A stretch of DNA of 64,000 nt from Parvicella sp. (GTDB lineage: Bacteria; Bacteroidota; Bacteroidia; Flavobacteriales_D; Parvicellaceae), in assembly GCA_041583015.1 (NCBI GenBank), contig JBFHGR010000002.1, positions 6,181 to 70,180 of the forward strand, in the 5' to 3' direction. The position numbers and the translations under genes are program-made. Each line of letters opens with the position of its first letter. The first letter of the stretch is position 1. The notes under the pieces are model-generated. The model did not search any database. It was not told the origin of the DNA and saw nothing but the letters and a program-made list of their open reading frames with translations. Positions 58,578 to 64,000 of this stretch are shown piece by piece.

Positions 58578-61181
58578 TTGCTGTCATATAAAACATCACA
58601 ATACTCAAAGACCAAAAATACGGTCTTAAGCAATGCTTTGAGAGTAACTTCTTTTAGAGTTATTCTAACTGTGTTGTTAATAATCCAATTTGGTTCATAC
58701 TTTTCACAAGACTCTTTGAGTCAATTAGAAGCACCTCTCAATTATAATGCCGAGGATTCAATGATACTAAATCTCAAGTATGAAAAGGCCTATTTATACA
58801 ACAATGCGCATATCGATTATGGTGATTATATCCTCAACGCGTGCTACATTGAATTCGATTTCAAAACCAAAAATGTATTGGCTAAATATTGCACTGATTC
58901 TGCAGGAAGTAAAATTGGAATTCCTGAACTTTCGGATGGAAATACAACAACGAAAGCTGACAGTCTAAAGTTTAATTTCGAAACAAAAAGAGGGATCACT
59001 TACCATGTAAAACTACAAGAAGGTGAAGGTTATATTCACGGTAACAAAGTTAAACGACAAGAAAACGGTGAAATTCATATAGATACTGCACTCTACACTA
59101 CTTGCGATCTAGATCACCCTCACTACTTTTTTAAATTGAGAAAAGCTATCATAGTACCTGACGATAAAATTATCTCAGGACCTATAAATCTTTATATTGC
59201 TGACATCCCCACTCCATTAGGGTTACCTTTTGCATTCATCCCAAATAAAGAAAGAGGTTCTAACGGTATTATTATGCCTACATATGGAGAATCTTCCCTT
59301 GGTTTTTTCTTAGCAAATGGTGGTTATTACCATAAATTTAAAAATGATAGACTATCAACTGCTTTCACTGGTGATATCTACACAAAAGGAAGTTGGGCTT
59401 TAAAAAACAACACAGCCTACGCCACTAAATATAAACATAGTGGATCTGTAGGTTTAACTTTTAGGCAAACAATAACTGGCGAAAAACTAGGTGATATAGA
59501 ACTTGATGGCTACAGTAAAGCAACAGACTTTTTAGTAGAGTGGACACATAGGCAAGATCCTAAAAGTATTCCTGGAATGTCATTTAGTGCGTATGTAAAA
59601 GCAGGGACAGGAACAGTATACTCCAATGATTTTGGAAACAATGCAGTCAATCCAGAAAACTATTTGAATAACACATTTAACTCAAATATTTCATTCAGTA
59701 AGACATTCAAAAAGTTACCGAGTAACCTAAGTGTTAACTTAAGACATAGTCAAAACTCAAACACAAAAATTGTTTCTTTTACATTGCCAGAAGTGACGTA
59801 CAGTGTCAATAGATTTTATCCTGGAAAATGGTTGCCATCAAACAGTATTGTAAAAAGTAAAGTTCGAAAAGGAATTGAAAAAATTGGTATTACCTATATT
59901 AACAATACTAAAAACGAAACATCTATTGCAGATTCTCTACTAAGTTTTAATAGCCTGGATAGACTTGGTGATAATATGCGAAATGGAATGAAGCACACCA
60001 TCAATACGTCTGCTAGTTTCCCTTTCTTGAAAAACGCAATAACCTTTACACCTTCTATTTCAACTAATGCATTGATGTATTTAAATCAAACTAACAAGTT
60101 CTACGATACCACAAACGAAACGGTAAATACAGACACCATAAATCAGTTCAGTATTCCTACTTGGTCTACATTTAGCGCTTCATTTACAAGTAAAATTTAT
60201 GGTTTCTATGAATTTGCAGGATTCCTACAAGGAAAGAAAGAAGCAAAAATAAGACATGTTTTAACACCTACTGCTAACTTTAGTTTAAGACCCGATAATG
60301 GATATGAATACAATTATCAATATGATACTTTAGGTAATCTCGCATATACCACACCTTATGACGGACAAATCTTTGGCGCTCCACCAACAGGAAGTTCAGG
60401 TAAAGTTAATTTCAGTCTGATTAATGCATTTGAGATGCGTCAGATAAACCTTAAAGATACTGGAGACAACCCCTATTTGTATAAAAACATACTGGATAAC
60501 TTCACCATTTCATCTGGTTATGACCTCATGCGAGATTCATTAAATTGGGACAATGTTACATTATCTGGTAGAACTAATATCTCTAAATTATTCAATACTA
60601 GATTTGGTGCTTCTCTTGACCCATACGAAAGAGATAGTCTTGGAAGAGCATACAACAAATTTGTGAAAGATGTTGAAGGAAAATATTTTAACCTTAGAAC
60701 CGCTACTGCTTCTGTTGGTTTTTCATTAAAAAGTAAAAAGAATAAAGAAAAATTAGAGTCAGATAAAGGTTCTGAAGAAGAGTTGGAATTTATCAACAAC
60801 AACCTTGATGAGTTCATTCAATTTGGGGAAGCATGGAATTGGTCTGCGAATTTCAACTATACACTAAACTATACTAGGGTTTATCGTTTTGAGGAGAAAG
60901 ACACTATGCAATTCACCCAAAACATTAACCTAAACGGACAAATGAATTTGACGGCCAATTGGAATATTAGATTTCAAACCAACTACGACATCACAAATAA
61001 GCAATTCAGTTATTCATCTGTAGAAATTACAAGAAATTTACATTGCTGGGAAATGACATTTAATTGGGTTCCATATGGACCAATGAAAAGTTATAATGTA
61101 CAAATCAATGTTAAATCTTCCATTTTGCAAGATCTTAAATTGCAAAGACGTAGAAGTTGGTATGACAATGGTGTTAGGTAA
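58578..61181 (+). CDS. lptD: LPS-assembly protein LptD (Bacteroidota type)
   Basis: LNYNAEDS...AYLYNNAHIDYGD, YTTCDLDHPHY, PTPLGLPF, RNLHCWEM; the true start is probably the TTG at 58638. Confidence 0.88.
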   Translation: MLSYKTSQYSKTKNTVLSNALRVTSFRVILTVLLIIQFGSYFSQDSLSQLEAPLNYNAEDSMILNLKYEKAYLYNNAHIDYGDYILNACYIEFDFKTKNVLAKYCTDSAGSKIGIPELSDGNTTTKADSLKFNFETKRGITYHVKLQEGEGYIHGNKVKRQENGEIHIDTALYTTCDLDHPHYFFKLRKAIIVPDDKIISGPINLYIADIPTPLGLPFAFIPNKERGSNGIIMPTYGESSLGFFLANGGYYHKFKNDRLSTAFTGDIYTKGSWALKNNTAYATKYKHSGSVGLTFRQTITGEKLGDIELDGYSKATDFLVEWTHRQDPKSIPGMSFSAYVKAGTGTVYSNDFGNNAVNPENYLNNTFNSNISFSKTFKKLPSNLSVNLRHSQNSNTKIVSFTLPEVTYSVNRFYPGKWLPSNSIVKSKVRKGIEKIGITYINNTKNETSIADSLLSFNSLDRLGDNMRNGMKHTINTSASFPFLKNAITFTPSISTNALMYLNQTNKFYDTTNETVNTDTINQFSIPTWSTFSASFTSKIYGFYEFAGFLQGKKEAKIRHVLTPTANFSLRPDNGYEYNYQYDTLGNLAYTTPYDGQIFGAPPTGSSGKVNFSLINAFEMRQINLKDTGDNPYLYKNILDNFTISSGYDLMRDSLNWDNVTLSGRTNISKLFNTRFGASLDPYERDSLGRAYNKFVKDVEGKYFNLRTATASVGFSLKSKKNKEKLESDKGSEEELEFINNNLDEFIQFGEAWNWSANFNYTLNYTRVYRFEEKDTMQFTQNINLNGQMNLTANWNIRFQTNYDITNKQFSYSSVEITRNLHCWEMTFNWVPYGPMKSYNVQINVKSSILQDLKLQRRRSWYDNGVR

Positions 61182-61264
61182 AAAAAAGAAGGAAACTTCT
61201 GTCCCCTCCTTTTTTTTTTGTATTACTACAATTTCTTTTCGGTCAATAAAAAATTTAATTTTAA

Positions 61265-62779
61265 TTAATCAATAGCAACATATTTATCTTCTGGATAAAT
61301 TTCTTCAAATGTCATTACTTTATTTTCCTCCACTCTTCGGTAAATCATATCCCGTTTCATTTCGTCAGTACTATTTAAACCGCACGCCTCTAAAATTTCT
61401 TTGACTGCCAAAATCGTATTAGTATGATAATTTCCTACTCTCACTTTTTTATCGGATACATCTAAGCCTTTCATCAGTGGTTTCTCTTGTGTTGCTATTC
61501 CAGTAGGACATTTTCCACTATCGCAAGCTAAGGCTTGTATACAACCTAATGCAAACATCATTGCTCTAGCGCTATTAACACCATCAGCACCCAATGCCAT
61601 TAATTTAACTACGTCAAATCCTGTCATCACTCTACCAGAAGCTATCAATTTAATATTCTTCTTGATGTCATATTTCACCATACAATTGTATGCAAAAGCC
61701 AATGCATCATATAACGGCATTCCAATTCTATCCGAAAACTCCAAAGGTGCAGCACCTGTTCCACCTTCTGTTCCATCTATTGTAATAAAATCAGGATAAA
61801 TACCTGTATTTTTTATTTGCTTGCAAATATCTTCAAACTCAGTAGTTTTCCCCATACACATTTTAAACCCTGTAGGTTTCCCTCCACAAAGATCTCGCAA
61901 TTCATTTACAAACTCTAAAAGACCTTTACTATCGTTAAATGCAGAGTGCCCGGGAGGTGACAAAACATCGATACCAGGTTTTACGTGTCTAATTGCTGCT
62001 ATCTCAGGTGTGTTTTTTGCTCCAGGCAGAATCCCTCCATGCCCAGGTTTCGCACCTTGAGAAAGTTTAATCTCTACCATTTTTACGTTAGGAATTGAAG
62101 CATTTTTCTTGAACAAATCTCTATTGAATGTTCCATCATCATTTCTACACCCAAAATATCCAGTTCCAATTTGCCAAATTAAATCTCCACCTGGCTCAAT
62201 GTGATACTGACTAATACCACCTTCACCTGTGTTATGTGCAAAATTACCCAATTTAGCACCTCCATTCAATGCCAAAACCGCATTTCTACTTAAAGATCCA
62301 TAACTCATTGCTGAAATATTCATTATACTGCAATCATATGGTTGCGTACATTGTGGACCTCCAACCATCATTCTCAAATCACCTTTTATGTGCGTTGTAT
62401 AAATTGAATGTGTAACCCACTCATAACCTGGTTCAGTTGTGTCTAATTGCGTTCCAAAAGGAACTGTTTGTCTCACAGATTTCGCTCTTTGATAAACAAT
62501 ACTTCTGTCTCTTCTGTTAAAAGGTCTACCACTCAAATCTGACTCAATAAAATATTGACTAATTTCTGGTCGAATAGACTCAAAAACATATCTCAATCTT
62601 CCTACCAAAGGATAGTTTTTTCTGATGGTATGTTTATTCTGAATAATATCAAAAAACCCCATAAAAACAAACGGAAGAACAACACCAAGCACCCACCAAA
62701 ACCCTTGATGAATGTACAAACCACAAGCACCTAATCCTGCAATTAAGATAACGCTCACAAAAACAAATTTCAATCTCAT
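61265..62779 (-). CDS. Stand-alone FMN-binding glutamate synthase family protein
   Basis: NISAMSYGSLS, NTGEGG, EIKLSQGAKPGHGG, DGTEGGTGAAP, CIQALAC..GKCPTG. Confidence 0.92.
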   Translation of the reverse strand: MRLKFVFVSVILIAGLGACGLYIHQGFWWVLGVVLPFVFMGFFDIIQNKHTIRKNYPLVGRLRYVFESIRPEISQYFIESDLSGRPFNRRDRSIVYQRAKSVRQTVPFGTQLDTTEPGYEWVTHSIYTTHIKGDLRMMVGGPQCTQPYDCSIMNISAMSYGSLSRNAVLALNGGAKLGNFAHNTGEGGISQYHIEPGGDLIWQIGTGYFGCRNDDGTFNRDLFKKNASIPNVKMVEIKLSQGAKPGHGGILPGAKNTPEIAAIRHVKPGIDVLSPPGHSAFNDSKGLLEFVNELRDLCGGKPTGFKMCMGKTTEFEDICKQIKNTGIYPDFITIDGTEGGTGAAPLEFSDRIGMPLYDALAFAYNCMVKYDIKKNIKLIASGRVMTGFDVVKLMALGADGVNSARAMMFALGCIQALACDSGKCPTGIATQEKPLMKGLDVSDKKVRVGNYHTNTILAVKEILEACGLNSTDEMKRDMIYRRVEENKVMTFEEIYPEDKYVAID

Positions 62780-62784
62780 TTCTT

Positions 62785-64000
62785 TTAGATTTTAATAAAT
62801 TTCAACACCTCCAAATAATCGTTTTTTCGAATTTGAATCTGATAAACTCCACTTTCTATATCTGAAAGTAATAATGTATCTCCTTCTTTATAAATTCCAG
62901 ACTTTACCACCTTACCATTTAAGGCTATAATAGCATACTGTACCGATTCAAATTTAATATCAATTTTCAATTTATCAATTGTTGGGTTAGGAAAAACTTT
63001 TGTTGTATTCAAACCATGCTGAACAATTGACGTTGCTTGAGAAGGTTCAACAATTAACTCAATGGCTTTAGTGCCATCACTCCACTCCCCCATAAATCTT
63101 TGTTTATCTGTATCTCCAAATGCATAATCACAATCTACTCCATAAAAAGTACAACTTAACAGAGCATCTGCTAATTTCCAATAGCAATAAAAGTCTACCG
63201 CATCCGTTTTTGCTGCTACATATCCTCCAGTGATAACAGCACTTACTGTGCCTCCATCATATGTATTATCTGAAGCCAACGGTTCATTGTGAGATGCTTC
63301 TAATACAGGTGAACCATAATTATCTTCCAATTGTGTGATGTAATTTTTGTGACTAGTAGCAATATTTGTACTATCAAAAATTTCTCTTCCAAAAGAATTT
63401 CCTACTACAATATCATTTTCACCAACAACAATCAATGCATTATAGTCTACATCCATAGGAGCATAACTATTAATCCTACCCGAATTAATACCTCCAGTAC
63501 CAGGCTCGCACAACATAAAACATTGCGGCTTGGGTATCCCATAAGCCAAATATTCCGTAACTAAATTGGAGGTAATTACACCACCATAAGAATGACCAAT
63601 CATAGCAAAATGTTCCATCCTGGGTTTTACTCTTATTGGGTTTGAATTTAATTCATCAAATGCATCTAAAATCCCTGTAATAGCATTTGGAGTATAAGTA
63701 TTAGGTAATGCAAGATCATTCAATTGATATTTTGGGAAAATCACAATATTACCTTTTTTTACTAAGTGCTCAATCCATGCAGCATAGGGGCCTGGATTAA
63801 AGACGCCATATCCATGATTAAACACTACCACATCTGCAGAATCTGGCTTTGGAGAATCTGGTTCAAATAACCAATACCCATCTGCAGCAAGCCAATTGGT
63901 GAAATTGGAAAAAACAACATCCCCATGAGAGTAATCACTTCCACCAGGACCAAATGTTGGCTGAGGAGGTGGTGTTTGACCAAATCCAACAGTCAAAACA
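62785..64000 (-). CDS. T9SS-secreted alpha/beta hydrolase (chlorophyllase/cutinase-like); 5' end lies beyond the window
   Basis: NHGYG, GHSYGG nucleophile elbow, VGENDIVV and ASHNEP; C-terminal KVFPNPT...SGVYQIQI...KFIKI T9SS type A signal; the frame stays open to the window edge. Confidence 0.82.
   Translation of the reverse strand, partial: VLTVGFGQTPPPQPTFGPGGSDYSHGDVVFSNFTNWLAADGYWLFEPDSPKPDSADVVVFNHGYGVFNPGPYAAWIEHLVKKGNIVIFPKYQLNDLALPNTYTPNAITGILDAFDELNSNPIRVKPRMEHFAMIGHSYGGVITSNLVTEYLAYGIPKPQCFMLCEPGTGGINSGRINSYAPMDVDYNALIVVGENDIVVGNSFGREIFDSTNIATSHKNYITQLEDNYGSPVLEASHNEPLASDNTYDGGTVSAVITGGYVAAKTDAVDFYCYWKLADALLSCTFYGVDCDYAFGDTDKQRFMGEWSDGTKAIELIVEPSQATSIVQHGLNTTKVFPNPTIDKLKIDIKFESVQYAIIALNGKVVKSGIYKEGDTLLLSDIESGVYQIQIRKNDYLEVLKFIKI

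Noticed and set aside
61182-61220. Possible terminator between lptD and the glutamate synthase-like gene
   Set aside because: A and T runs flank it, but the stem has several mismatches, so it was not called.

Overview
AT-rich chromosomal window from a Bacteroidota bacterium. Gene content and promoter style point to Flavobacteriales, probably marine and Crocinitomicaceae-like (inference). It holds about 55 densely packed CDSs, one tRNA-Lys(UUU), many Bacteroidota TTTG-N19-21-TAnnTTTG promoters and intrinsic terminators. I saw no integrase, transposase, prophage cluster or CRISPR array. Housekeeping genes (accA, rpsP, bioB, def, gcvT, lptD, amidase, mlaD) alternate with accessory envelope genes. 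The strongest candidates for new biology are: (1) a terminator-bounded pspA / YbjN-type chaperone / GIDE-domain operon, linking a bacterial ESCRT-III-family protein to a RING-less homologue of the MUL1/SP1 organellar ligase domain; (2) a three-gene unit encoding an exported protein with two tandem truncated GldK-like cores plus WG repeats, a probable small beta-barrel and an exported WD40-caspase; (3) a promoter- and terminator-bounded ORF-less candidate sRNA of about 90 nt upstream of rpsP. Also notable: a four-NBD tandem UvrA-like protein with one degenerate site, an S41 protease with a duplicated cap+PDZ module, a signal-peptide fibre protein with a phage tail-collar domain coupled to an LRR gene, and two CDSs missing from the ORF track. 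All family assignments come from motifs recognised by eye; no database searches were run.
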